Of a stretch of 64,000 nt of DNA, positions 1 to 12,029 are shown one piece after another; positions within the stretch are counted from its first letter, which is position 1, and every line of letters starts with the position of its first letter. The notes below the pieces were generated by a model. The model saw only the letters and a program-made list of their open reading frames with translations, had not been told where the DNA came from and did not search any database. The translations under genes were made by a program, and so were the position numbers. The DNA comes from Mobula birostris (lineage: Eukaryota). The stretch covers positions 8,714,984 to 8,778,983 of the forward strand of contig NC_092401.1 of assembly GCF_030028105.1 (NCBI RefSeq), written 5' to 3'.

Positions 1-88
1 CTTAGATGAAGATTAGACCCCATTTTCCGAGTAATTAATGCAGAAAATCAGGTAATTGCAAAGGGTTCACAAACTTTCTTGCAACTAT
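1..88. mobile_element. Terminal fragment of a Tc1/mariner-like DNA transposon
   Basis: gggttcacaaactttcttgcaact (63-86) resembles the reverse complement of the fish Tc1-type TIR CAGTTGCAAGAAA..GTTTGTGAACCC; the rest of the element is outside the window. Confidence 0.45.
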
Positions 89-94
89 GAGTCA

Positions 95-1241
95 ATTAAG
101 ATCTTTCTTAGGACTACTAACATACTACAAAGTTTGTTCCTAACCCAGCTAGAAAGCTAAAAACTTCAGATTTTAAAACAAATCAACACACACTGGCAGT
201 TGACAGATCACTGTGAAGAGGCTTTTAAAAACCCAAAGCAGTTTTGTCACAATCTGAAGCACTCATACACTTCCACCTGTCACTGCCCATACAGTTGACC
301 TGCAACCCATCACCCTATAGCGTGGGGGCAGTTATCTCACACATCACTGCATCGGGTGAAGTCCCCAATCGATTTTACTTCAAGGACATCAAGCAAGCCA
401 GAAAGCTACTATGCCCATATTGGGCAGGAAGCACATGCAATTGTCTTTGGAGTTAAATCCATCAAATCTTTAGCTAACAATTTACATTACTGACAGGTCG
501 CCATGACACCAATTTTTGGTCCCCAGGGAGGCATTCCTTCCCCGGTTGTTAGTCAAGTGGAACATTGGGCTCTGTTACTATCTGCACATCAGCATGATGT
601 AAAGTACAAGAGATCCAAGCACCATTTAAATGCTGATGGACCACCCAGACTTCCCTTTGCTGTTAGCTGCAGGGTAAGCCCGGAAGCGCACACGTACTGA
701 AAATGCAGTAACCAAGCCAAGATCTATACATACACCACCAAGAGATGAAATAACTTTATCATCCCTAGGTCGTCCATACACTCACAGGAACAGGCAGACC
801 CCCACCCAATTGAATCACATTTAGTGACTAACCCTTAACACAGAGCAGAATAACCCCCAGGGTTACATCTGGGAATAAAGGCAGTGTATCCGCTTTCCCG
901 AGTTTAGAAAAAAAAAGTTTCGTTGTTGGTTGAATTTGATGATCACTCCATTGTATGTGAAGAGTTCAGCAGCTAGTCTATATATGGGAAGGGGGAGAAA
1001 CCTTTAAAATAAGGGAGGAAGGATATGTTATGTATTCACGTAAATTTTGACCTTACAGGTTGCGATCAAGCTTCCCCACTCGTTACGTACTAAACGTGAT
1101 GATGTAATGAGAGGGGGCATTCTGGGTAGACTTACAAGTATAATAAACTGCGTACATTTTGTTTCATCACCCCCCCCGCCCCCCCAAATCTTTCGTGTGT
1201 TATTTGCGGCCATCTGGTTTTGCAGCACCACAAACATAACA
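95..1241 (+). mobile_element. Degenerate Ty3/Gypsy LTR retrotransposon 3' part (RT-connection/RNase H remnants, PPT, 3' LTR)
   Basis: ORFs 244-456 (LIHFHLSLPIQLTCNPSPYSVGAVISH, a decayed L.CDASPYGVGAVLSH) and 503-700 (WALLLSAHQHDVKYKRSKHHLNAD) match the Gypsy RNase H motifs. A purine tract at about 1010-1025 precedes the LTR. Confidence 0.8.
1026..1241 (+). repeat. Gypsy 3' LTR (216 bp)
   Basis: Starts TGTTATGT (1026) and ends ACATAACA (1241), an 8-bp inverted terminus with TG..CA ends; internal AATAAA at 1142; immediately follows the PPT aagggaggaaggata. Confidence 0.8.
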
Positions 1242-1975
1242 TCCAATGCACAAGCTTTTGATTCCAGATGCCAGAGAACAGCCACCCTCACTGAATTTTC
1301 CTCTCCCAGCTCTCCATTGACCAAATCTTAGAAGGCAGCAATGGAGAAAAACAGAGCACTCAGTGGACCTAAAGGTTGGAGGCACTGACTTCAATGACTG
1401 AGGTAAAAGCTATTAACTACCTGATGCAGCACTACCCAAAGCAAATGCAATTTTACTGCTCAGGAAGTCATTGCCCATGCAGAGTTACAATGAAGGAAGA
1501 AATGGGAACACCCACCCTCAGCAACATCAGGCCCCAACTGGTGGAATGCATATCCACCCAGAATTAAGCTCATCAATAGGTGATATAGTCACGTAGCACA
1601 CACTTGCTACCCACCACTTTGCCATCAAGCACAAATTACATTAACCCTATATTTATCCCATTTTATTCCGCCCACATTCCAAACAACACTACAGATCCTA
1701 CAACTCATCCACGCATTTGGAAGCAGTTTATAGCAGCCAGGAACCCCATGCAACGGTAGAGAGAATGTGCAAATTCCATGTCAGGAGATACGAGATCACT
1801 TCATTTGGAAGTACCAGCAGCAATGCTGACTGTTTCAGGGAACTGGCCGGCACATCAGGCACAATTGAGTATACTGACAACTGGTTCACTATCTAAAGAA
1901 TTTGATAAGTTGGCAGTCCAAGTTCCTAAATCAGAGAGACTGGCTGCCTGGCTGGGATATGACCGAGCAGATTTA

Positions 1976-2170
<195 letters not shown>

Positions 2171-3084
2171 TCAGGACACCAGCACCAGTTTATAACTGCA
2201 TAACTTGCAGGAGAAATTAAATCAGATAGCAGAAAAGATAAGCAAGCAGAACTAAAAGCACAACCAAGGTCGCATCTGACTGCTGGGCGAGTCCAAATGT
2301 ACAAAACTAGTAAGTGGGGTCACCTCAAATTAAACAAGCAAACCAGTCACTCTGAGCCTGGTTAATATAAAATGTAACAGACACATTATAGTTTCTAGAC
2401 ACTGTCCTCTTCCATGATACCCTGTACAACCTAACAAATGCATGCAGCTGAGCATAATATAAACTTTCACTCAACATAAGCAATACCTAGAGATCATACA
2501 TGAATCATTGATGAGAAAGCCTGAAGAACAAGTGATGAATATTACTATCACGAGTAATACCCAAGCCTCTCTGGAACTTGTGGATTGTCAATATCCATTT
2601 CTAAACAAGCTTAAATGGCACTTTGTTTTATAGGCCCAAAACAAACCTCTTTCAATAAACAGGCCATACAATTAACAAAACACATCCTCCACTTCAGCTC
2701 GTACCACTAATCAAGTCTGAGAAACACTTTGAAACTGTCCCCAGCCTAGGTGAAATTTCCTGAAAACATTAAATACCACCAATAAGGCTCCGAAGTGTTC
2801 AATTGGGATAATATCAGCATTGATACATTTGCTGCAGAAGAATTTGCTCAGCATCTAGTTTAACCAAAAGTTAACATACGGCTAGCAGATAAGCTGAAGG
2901 ATCAGAGGCTGAATTTAATACCAAATCATATAAAACTGGATATTGGAAGAATCCGTAATGCTGATGGAAAGGACAATTTTTGACATTGAAAGAAAGTCTG
3001 TAAAGCCAGAGTACAACAGTTATAGGCAGATTTTAGCTGTCGCTTGTTTAATCCGTAGGCTCAAAGTAAAAACACAGTACTTTA

Positions 3085-4420
3085 CAAAATACACAGAACA
3101 TGCTAGCAGGACTCAGAATCCCTGGAAATGAATAAGCAGTTGATGTTTTGGGCTGAGATCGTTCTTCAGGATTGAGAATGAATGGAGAAGATGCCATAAT
3201 AAAGAGGTGGGGGGGGAGAAGAGAAGGGGAAGGAGGCTAGCTGGAAGGTGCTGGGTGAAGTCAGGTGGGAAAGGTCAAGGGCTGGAGAAGAAAGAAATTA
3301 GTGTCACAGTAGCATTACAAGGGCACAGATATAAATATTTGAAGAGAAGTAGAAAGAATAAACAGAAACAGGCGGGGGTCATCAGTTCCCCGGCTATAGG
3401 TTGACTCATTATAAAGCCGAATGGCAGAGGACAAGAATGACCTCATTTGGAGAAGTGCAGTTATCTTAATCTATTACTAAAAGTACTCCTCTGTTCAGTC
3501 AAGGTGAGAAACCTTGACCAGAATTGCCAGGATTTTCCATAGGGTCCTTTGTTCTACCACAGCCTCCAATGTGTCCAGTTTGACTCCTATAACAGAGTCT
3601 GCCTTTCTAATCAGTTTATTGAGCCTGTTGGCATCACCCCTGTTGATCGTCCGAGAGGAGAGTGAAAAAGAAAAGTGACGGGTAAGTGAGAAGAGGTAAA
3701 AGAACAGATTGGAGAATAGAGGGGACGGGGGATTTACTGGAAGCCATCAGGCTGGAGGGTCCCTAGACAGAATACAAAGTGTTGCTCCCCCACCGAGGGT
3801 GGCTTCATCTTGGCACAGGAGGCGGCCATGGACCGGCACGTCAGAGCAGGAATGGGACTCTGATAAATGTTTAGCTGCTGGGAAGTCTTACTTGTGGCAG
3901 ATGGTGCAGAGGTGCTCGATGAAACTGTCCAATTTACAAATGGTCTCAGCAATGCAGAGGAGGCTGCATCGAGAGCACTGGCACAATCGACAACCCCAGA
4001 TCTGCAGGTGGAGTGTTGCCTCGCTTGGAAGGACTGTTTGGGGCGCTGAATGAATGGAGGTGGTGTATGGGCAGGGGTAGCACTTTGGCCGCTTGCAGAG
4101 TTAAGTGCCGAGGGGATGATTAGCGAGTAGGTACAAATGGACAAGGAAACTGTGGAGGAAGTGATTCTCAGAAAGTGCGGTGGGGGCGGGGGAGAAGTAA
4201 AGAAATGTTTAATGGCAGGATCCCTTTGTAGATGGAAGATGTGTTGGATGCGGAGACTAATGGGGTGGTAGGACAAGAAGAACTCTGCCACCGTTAGGGC
4301 AGTGGGAGGATGGGGTGAGCGTGAATACATGGGAAATGGAAGAGACACGGGTGAGAGCAGCATCAACAGTGGAGGAAGGGAAACCCTGTTCTTTAAAAAC
4401 CATGTCCTGAGAACAGGCAA
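3085..4420 (-). mobile_element. Penelope-like element fragment (GIY-YIG C-terminus plus pLTR), interrupted by a Rex1/Babar 3' fragment at about 3300-3650
   Basis: ORF 3734-4441 ends EQHFVFCLGTLQPDG, the same C-terminus as the other Penelope-like copies here; degenerate hammerhead remnant at about 3137-3175. Confidence 0.65.
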
Positions 4421-5199
4421 AGAAACAGAAGGGAATAGCATTTTTACAAACAGGTTTTTACATTTTTTAACAAAGAATTCAGAAAAGAACTCAGGTGACA
4501 GTGTTATCTATGGTGTCTTGTCAACTTAATAAAAACAGCTTTGTAAAATCATTTGCTTTGGTTCCTGAATGCCTTCAATTGTCTGACAAAACATGTGCAA
4601 TATTTCAGCAGTTTTAACAAGATGTCCCACACAGACACCATCTTATTCAATTGTCTGTGCATCTTTCACACTGCTTTAATATACAGTCCATCGTTCATTT
4701 TAATTAATTACAATGAATCCACTGTTGCTCAGGGTCACACTGAACTCAGGAGCGATCTCAGAATCTACTGTAGTGATTATGACAGCAAGTACAAATCAGA
4801 ATCCCTGCTTTACCCGACTATTTTCGTCAACTTGCACATTATGGGACACAATGGCAGAAAAAAAAATGCTCTTAACCGAGTGGAATAGTACAAGTAGAAA
4901 GGGACAAATAACTACTACATTAAAATTTATTGAGCTGTGTTGTAAAAACGCGGGCATTAAATTTAAATCCTGACCCTGCTCATCATACAATTCTCCCAGT
5001 GTTCGGATAGCAACCTTGTAGATCACCCCACAGAAAGAATACTTAGTTCACCAAGGCCCAAAGTCTGTGCAGAAATCAATACCTTTGTTCTCACCATTCC
5101 TCCCAGTAATCATTTGGAGGCTTGAGCATGAAGTAATCGGACATGGTGCAATGGCCTGTCGCCTAAAAGCACACCACTACCAATTCAGACTAACTTCAC

Positions 5200-5680
5200 C
5201 CAGGACCGCCGGCCGGGTGTCCAGGCCTCGATATATGCAGCCGCCAACACGGGGGCGTGTGGCTCCGCCTATGGGCGGGAAGCGGGTTGAAGCGAGCGAG
5301 GCCTAAAGCCTGCAGTTGCTCGGAGCCGGCCGCGACCGAGACGAAAGGAGAGCCCTAAGCAGCGGCTTGCACACATCCCGGTCCCAAGCAGCGGACCTTC
5401 CTCTCAGTCCCCGACCGCCACGGCGATTGACTCACTGGATCCGGCGCCTTGTCCCAGTGTACCCATCCTCCCAGTCCACCGCTGAACTCCCGCCTCGGCT
5501 TCCCCCACCGCCAGAGCTACGGAACCACTTCGCCCGCTGCCCGAACGGACATCATCACCCACTGCCTTCGGCATCAGCTCATCTGCTCGCAGACCCAGCC
5601 CATTCACTCAATCCCCACTACCTCCCCCCAAGGCCCACACGACCTCTCCGCCCCAAGGCCTAAACCTCCATCCTCTCCCC
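5200..5680 (-). promoter_or_regulatory. CpG-rich region: probable alternative TNPO2 promoter or 5'UTR exon (donor CA|GTGAGT at 5436/5435)
   Basis: Locally high CpG density in an otherwise CpG-poor window; GC-box-like GGGGCGTG and GGGCGGG at about 5251-5280; consensus donor on the TNPO2 strand. Confidence 0.5.
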
Positions 5681-5899
5681 TCCATTCCGGAGCTTTGTGC
5701 TACATGCCCTGCCTTTAGCTATGCCGCCCTCCAACCCCACGCAGACAATCACAGGCCTCAACTCCTGGGGTTCTGTTCAGGCCTCCGCCGTCTCATTCTA
5801 CGACCTAGTCAAAATTACTCCCCTCCACTTGCTCCTCATCCGGCGACCAATATCAGCACCCCACCCCCACACCGTGGAATACACCCACACCGCTTCTAC

Positions 5900-8180
5900 A
5901 CATCCTCCACCTCCCTTACCCTCCAACACCCCTCGTCCTCCACCTCCCTTACTCCTCCTCGTCCTTCACCTCCCTTACCCTCCAACACCCCTCATCCTCC
6001 ACCTCCCTTACTCCTCCTCGTCCTTCACCTCCCTTACCCCCCAACACACCTCGTCCTCCACCTCCCTTACCCCCCAACACCCCTCGTCCTCCACCTCCCT
6101 TACCCAACACCCCTCGTGCTCCACCTCCCTTACTCCTCCTCGTCCTTCACCTCCCTTACCCCCCAACACCCCTCGTCCTCCACCTCCCTTACTCCTCCTC
6201 GTCCTTCACCTCCCTTACCCCCCAACACCCCTCGTCCTCCACCTCCCTTACCCCCCAACACCCCTCGTGCTCCACCTCCCTTACCCCCAACACCCCTCGT
6301 GCTCCACCTCCCTTACTCCTCCTCGTCCTTCACCTCCCTTACCCCCCAACACACCTCGTCCTCCACCTCCCTTACCCCCCAACACCCCTCGTCCTCCACC
6401 TCCCTTACCCAACACCTCTCGTCCTCCACCTCCCTTACCCCCAATACCCCTCATCCTCCACCTCCCTAACCCCCAATACCCCTCATCCTCCACCTCCCAT
6501 ACCCCCAATACCCCTCATCCTCCACCTCCCTAACCCCCAATACCCCTCATCCTCCACCTCCCTTACCCCCAACACCCCTCGTCCTCCACCTCCGACCCCC
6601 CAATACCCCTCGTCCTCCACCTCCCTGACCCCCCAATACTCCTCCTCGTCCTCCACCTCCCTTACCCCCAACACCTCTCGTCCTCCACCTCCCTTACCCC
6701 CCAACACCCCCGTCCTCCACCTCCCTTACCCCCCAACACCCCTCGTGCTCCACCTCCCTTACCCCACAACACCCCTCGTCCTTCACCTCCCTTACCCCCC
6801 AACACCCCTCGTCCTCCACCTCCCTTACCCCCCAACACCCCTCGTGCTCCACCTCCCTTACCCAACACCCCTCGTGCTCCACCTCCCTTACCCCACAACA
6901 CCCCTCGTCCTCCACCTCCCTTACCCCCCAACACCCCTCGTGCTCCACCTCCCTTACCCCCAACACCCCTCGTCCTCCACCTCCCTTACCCCCCAACACC
7001 CCTCCTTGTCCTCCACCTCCCTTACCCCCCAACACCCCTCCTTGTCCTTCACCTCCTTTACCCCCCAACACCCCTCGTCCTCCACCTCCCTTACCCCCCA
7101 ACACCCCTCGTCCTCCCTCCCTTACCCCCAACACCCCTCGTCCTCCACCTCCCTTACCCCACAACACCCCTCGTCCTCCACCTCCCTTACCCAACACCCC
7201 TCGTCCTCCACCTCCCTTACCCAACACCTCTCGTCCTCCACCTCCCTTACCCCCAACACCCCTCGTCCTCCACCTCCCTTACCCCACAACACCCCTCATC
7301 CTCCACCTCCCTTACCCAACACCCCTCGTCCTCCACCTCCCTTACCCAATACCCCTCATCCTCCACCTCCCTTACCCAATACCCCTCATCCTCCACCTCC
7401 ATAACCCCCAATACCCCTCGTCCTCCACCTCCCTTATCCCCAACACCCCTCGTCCTCCACCTCCCTGACCCCCCAATACCCCTCGTCACCTCCCTGACCC
7501 CCCAATACCCCTCCTCGTCCTCCACCTCCCTTACCCCCCAACACCCCTCGTCCTCCACCTCCCTTACCCCCCAACACCCCTCGTCCTCCACCTCCCTTAC
7601 CCCCCAACACCCCTCGTCCTCCACCTCCCTTACCCCCCAACACTCCTCGTCCTCCACCTCCTTTACCCAATACCCCTCCTCGTTCTTCCCCTCCCTTACC
7701 CAATACCCCTCCTTGTCCTCCACCTCCTTTACCCCCCAACACCCCTCGTCCTCCACCTCCCTTACCCCAATATCCCTCCTCGTCCTTCACCTCCTTTACC
7801 CCAACACCCTTCGCCCACAACCTCCCTTACCCCTCATCCACAACTTCCCTTACCCCTCATCCACAACCTCCCTTACCCTCAATATCCCTCATCCTCCACC
7901 TCCCTTACCCCAACACCCTTCGTCCACAACCTCCCTTACCCCTCAATACCTCTCGTCCACAACCTCCCTTACCCTCAATATCCCTCGTCCATAACCTCCC
8001 TTACCCCTCAATACCCCTCGTCCACAACCTCCCTTACCCCAACACCCTTCATCCACAACCTCCCTTACCCCTCAATACACCTCATCCTTCACCTCCCTTA
8101 CCCCCCAACACCCCTGGTCGTCCACTTCCCTTACCCCCAACAACCCCTCCTCGTCCTCCACCTCCGTTACCCCAAACACC
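5900..8180. repeat. C-rich minisatellite, about 33-nt unit CCCCTCGTCCTCCACCTCCCTTACCCCCCAACA with length variants
   Basis: Directly visible tandem array of about 2.3 kb; produces the spurious Pro/Gly-rich ORFs in the ORF track. Confidence 0.95.
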
Positions 8181-8289
8181 CCCATTGCCCAAGCCTCTCC
8201 TCGTCCTCCCCCTCACTTGCCCCCCAAGCCTCTCCTTGCCATCCCCCTCACTTGCTCCCCCACACCTCTCTTAAAGCCCCCCCCAACAC

Positions 8290-8650
8290 CTCTTCTCATC
8301 CTCCACCCACGGCCACCCCACACCTCTCATCCTTTACCCACGGCCACCCCACACCTCTCATCCTTTACCCACGGCCACCCCACACCTCTCATCCTTTACC
8401 CACGGCCACCCCACACCTCTCATCCTCCACCCGCGGCCACCCCACACCTCTCATCCTCCACCCGCGGCCACCCCACACCTCTCATCCTCCACCCACGGCC
8501 ACCCCACACCTCTCATCCTTTACCCACGGCCACCCCACACCTCTCATCCTCCACCCGCGGCCACCCCACACCTCTCATCCTCCACCCGCGGCCACCCCAC
8601 ACCTCTCATCCTCCACCCACGGCCGCCCCACACCTCTCATCCTCCACCCA
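8290..8650. repeat. Second C-rich minisatellite, 31-nt unit CACCTCTCATCCT(C/T)(C/T)ACCC(A/G)CGGCCACCCCA, about 11 copies
   Basis: Directly visible 31-nt period (for example units starting at 8321 and 8352). Confidence 0.93.
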
Positions 8651-8849
8651 TGGCCCCTACATTTCCTCATCCTGGGCCCCACACTCGGACCCTCCAACTC
8701 ATCCTGCTTCCTGGGTACCATATATTCCGTCCACTCCCACCACTTCCTCCTCATGGAACCCGCGGTTCTCTTTCTTTGGTCTGCCTCCAAAGCATCTCAT
8801 CATTACAAATCTGGCCAGCAATCCCCCCCTCTGGAGGGCGAGGAGCCCG

Positions 8850-9300
8850 CCCTCGCCGCTCTCCTTCTCCTCCTCCTCCCTTCGGGCCTATTTGATCCGA
8901 ACTTCTCTCTCCTCCCCTCACCCTTCACATCGTGAGACTCCAGCACGCCACCCACCCCGACCTTCCGCTCCTCCAGCAGATCCTTACCCTCACCCGGTCC
9001 TGCCTCCCTCCCTTCCCCTTTTCACTCACCTCCTTTTCCCTTTTCTCTCGCTCTCTCCGGGTTGCTCGCGCCGCTGCCCTGGACCCGGTTTAAATTCTCT
9101 TCCGCCAATCCTAGCCGCAGCTTCTCTACACGTGACCGTGAGCCTATTCTACCCAGAAGGCGCTGCGCTCCGAGCATGCGCTGTTGGATGAGGGCGGCTT
9201 ACCTCCACTACCCCTCCCCCCCATGCCGTGTTGCTAGGATACGTGCTTGGATCCCCGGCTTCAGCTTGAAGCCCACAGTAGCTGCAAACGGCTAATTATG
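8850..9300. promoter_or_regulatory. CpG-island promoter, probably the main TNPO2 promoter
   Basis: CpG-rich; CCAAT 9105-9109, E-box CACGTGAC 9129-9136, NRF1-like GAGCATGCGC 9172-9181, RFX X-box-like GTTGCTAGGATAC 9230-9242. Confidence 0.65.
9030..9095 (-). other. TNPO2: Putative non-coding first exon of TNPO2 (5' boundary approximate)
   Basis: Strong donor GAG|GTGAGT at 9030/9029 at the edge of a CpG island, directly downstream (minus strand) of promoter motifs. Confidence 0.5.
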
Positions 9301-10107
9301 TTTTTAGAGATTGTAGCTATCCATTTTTATTAATTCAACGGCATTAACTAATTCTAGAGAGAGAGAGAGCATAACTTGTATTTATGCAATTGTTCCAGAC
9401 TGAAGCAGGGATTGTGGGGAGGTGCCCGCTTTGGCCGGCATGAGGCTGCAAAGGATATCGAGGCAACGAACGAGGTAGGTAGGTGAGCTGCTAAGTACGA
9501 GCGAGGGTCAGAACAAGAATTAGGTGATTCTAAAGAATAGAGAGTATTAACGTGAGTGGGCTGGAGCAAATAGATATCAAATTCAGTTGTTCTGAGGTTG
9601 CAGTCGGCATGGCACCCGTTGGCTGGAGTGGGATGTGCGCAGCTGGGTAGTTGGGTGAATGGGCAGCTTGGATGGTGACACATTCCTTCCGTAGTTTGTC
9701 CTTCACTATTGTTAGAGCCTGATGCATAAACACAATTTCTCAGCAAAAGCACAGATGATGATCCCTCGTGAGCGGTCATGAACTAGGTGTTCTCTTGGGT
9801 CATTGAGAGTGAACCTATTGTCATTTTATCAAGAAGACATAGAAACCTAGGACCAGCATCAGAAGAAGCACACTACACACAAACAACCCAAAAGTAATCC
9901 CTGTGCTTCCTGGCATGGAATGTGTGGGTTCCACAGTAAACCTCAAAACCTATTAAATTGGAGTGGAAGTAAGTCACCCTTGATCGTGAGGAACGGAATA
10001 GAAATCATTGAAATTGTGAAAACTTAGCAAATTCAACATCCTGCATAATTATCTTACAAAATTGTTTGTTGAAGAAAACAGGAAATTATCACTCCCTTTG
10101 TGGCGTG

Positions 10108-11440
10108 TACTGGTGCCCAAGAACAGTGTGGTGACCTGCCTCAATAGTTATCATCTAGTTGCACTTAGATCCACAGTGATGAAGAGTTTTGACAGGTTGG
10201 TGTTGAAATATAGCAGCTCCCGCCTGAGAGGCAACTTGCATCCACTCCAACTTGCCTAACGGAGCAACGGGCCCACAGCAGATGGCATCTCATTGGCTCT
10301 TCTCTCAATCCTGGGACATCTGGACAGCAAAGATGCATACAGCAGGTTGCCCTTTGATGACTACAGCTCAGCATTCAATATCATCATCCCCTCAAAACTA
10401 ATCAATAAACTCCAAGATCTTGGCTTCAATACCTCCTTATGCAATTGCATCCTGGATTTCTTTACTTGCAGGCCCTAGTCGGTTCAGATTGGCGAAAACA
10501 TCTCCTCCATGATCTCCATCTGCACAGGTGCACCAGAAGGCTGCGTGCTTAGTCACCTGCTCTGCTGTGTGACTAAGCACAGCTCCAATGCCATTTTCAA
10601 GTTTGCTGTTGTGGGCTGAATCAAAGGTGGTGATGAGTCAGTATACAAAAGGGAGAATGAAAATTTCCCTGAACAATGTCATAACCACAACCTCTCACTC
10701 AATGTCAGCAAGACCAAGGAATTGATTAGAGACTTCAGGAGAGGGAAACTGGAGGTCCATGAACCAGTCATCATCGGAGGAGCAGGGGTGGAAAGGATTA
10801 GCAACTTTGATTTTAGGGGACCTGTCCTGGACATAGCACGTAAGTGCAATTGCAAAGAAAGTATGGCAGCACCTTTACTTCCTTAAGAGTCTGCAGATGA
10901 TATCTAAAACTTTGACAAACTTCTATTGGTGTGTGGTGGAGAGTATATTGACTGGCTGCATCACGGCCTGGTATGGACAAACACCAATGCCTTTGAACAG
11001 AAAATCCTACAAAAGATAAGTGAATTTGGCCCAGTACATCACAGTTAAAGCCCTCCCAGCCATTGAGCACATCTACATGAAATGTTGTTGTAGGAAAGCA
11101 GCATCCATCAGGACTCGCACTACCACCCCTCAACCATCAGGCTCTTGAATAAAAGGAGATAACTACACTCACTTATCCCATCAGAGAAATGTTCCCACAA
11201 TTAATGGTCTCACTTTAAGGACTCTTTATCTGATTATTTCACGTTCTCATTATTTATTGCTATTTATTTATATTTGCATTTACTCAGTTTGTTGTCTTCT
11301 GCACTCTGGCTGATCTTCCGTTGATCCTGCTGTAGTTACCATTCTATACATTTGCTGAGTGTGCCCACGTGGAAAGGAATCTCAGGGTTGGATTTGGTGA
11401 CAATTACGTACTTTGATAATAAAATTTACTTTGAGCTTTG
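10108..11440 (+). mobile_element. Rex1/Babar-type non-LTR retrotransposon, 5'-truncated and degenerate
   Basis: RT remnants VPKNSVVTCLNSY..VAL.STVMKSFDRLV and [23 protein letters not shown]; 3' end with aataaaatttactttga. Confidence 0.8.
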
Positions 11441-11719
11441 TGCAGCTGTTCCTTACTGCTTGACACAGCTGCCAAAGTTAAGGATCAGTTGTGGCTGGAA
11501 AATTGGGCTCATAGTTGGACTTGTTCATTTAGCTGTAAATTATATGGGCACAGTAGTTTTATGAATCAGAACAGAGCCACACCTCTCTCTCACACACTTA
11601 GAGGTGCTGTGGATATCTTCCACTTGGCAATACAGCAATAAGAAAATAAGCAATAACTTGGGTCCAAACAATTATCAATTATCATTATCAAAATGGTAAT
11701 GGTTCCTTAAGGTTGTTAT

Positions 11720-12022
11720 AGCCGGGGGTGAAAATGGGGACAAGCTCTCTCTGCCTATTAAGTGCTCCCAATGGTGTATGCCTCAAATAGCCTCTGACAA
11801 CAAAGTTCAACTCCTGAGTTCAATGTCAACTGGCAACTCTTGTGATGCTGCTGGTAGCAAACTGTATCGGTCTCTGCCATTCCTTTGGGTTCATCAGATG
11901 TGTGGACAGGGGGAGCTTGCTACATGGGCAACAGCTTGCTCTCCATATTGTACTGACCAGGCTTGAGTATTGAGACAGATAGGATGCATTATCCATGGTC
12001 AACTCTGACCGATGGAATCCCC
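11720..12022 (+). mobile_element. Short non-autonomous RTE-derived (bipartite) element
   Basis: Its 3' 170 nt are homologous to the 3' half of the SINE at 16959-17273 and end ..atccatggtcaactctgaccgatgg; the 5' part resembles fish RTE 5'UTRs (from memory). Confidence 0.5.
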
Positions 12023-12029
12023 CTTCATG

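Noticed and set aside
3137-3175. Additional hammerhead ribozymes here and at about 26160-26222, 27875-27905 and 49740-49805
   Set aside because: Catalytic core positions are mutated (GAAA to AAAA, CUGAUGA to CUGUUGA or CUGAUGC) or stems are lost; treated as dead remnants.
4790-5560. Box C/D snoRNA candidates (RTGATGA on the minus strand at about 4986 and 5557), considered because mammalian TNPO2 hosts snoRNAs
   Set aside because: No CTGA D box at a suitable distance with a terminal stem.
5900-8650. Regular repeat array as a CRISPR-like locus
   Set aside because: Head-to-tail degenerate units without unique spacers, in a vertebrate genome with no cas genes.
5697-9191. Long Pro-, Gly- or Glu-rich ORFs (up to 324 aa) resembling extensins or mucins
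   Set aside because: They are translations of the two minisatellites, open in several frames on both strands, with no exon structure.
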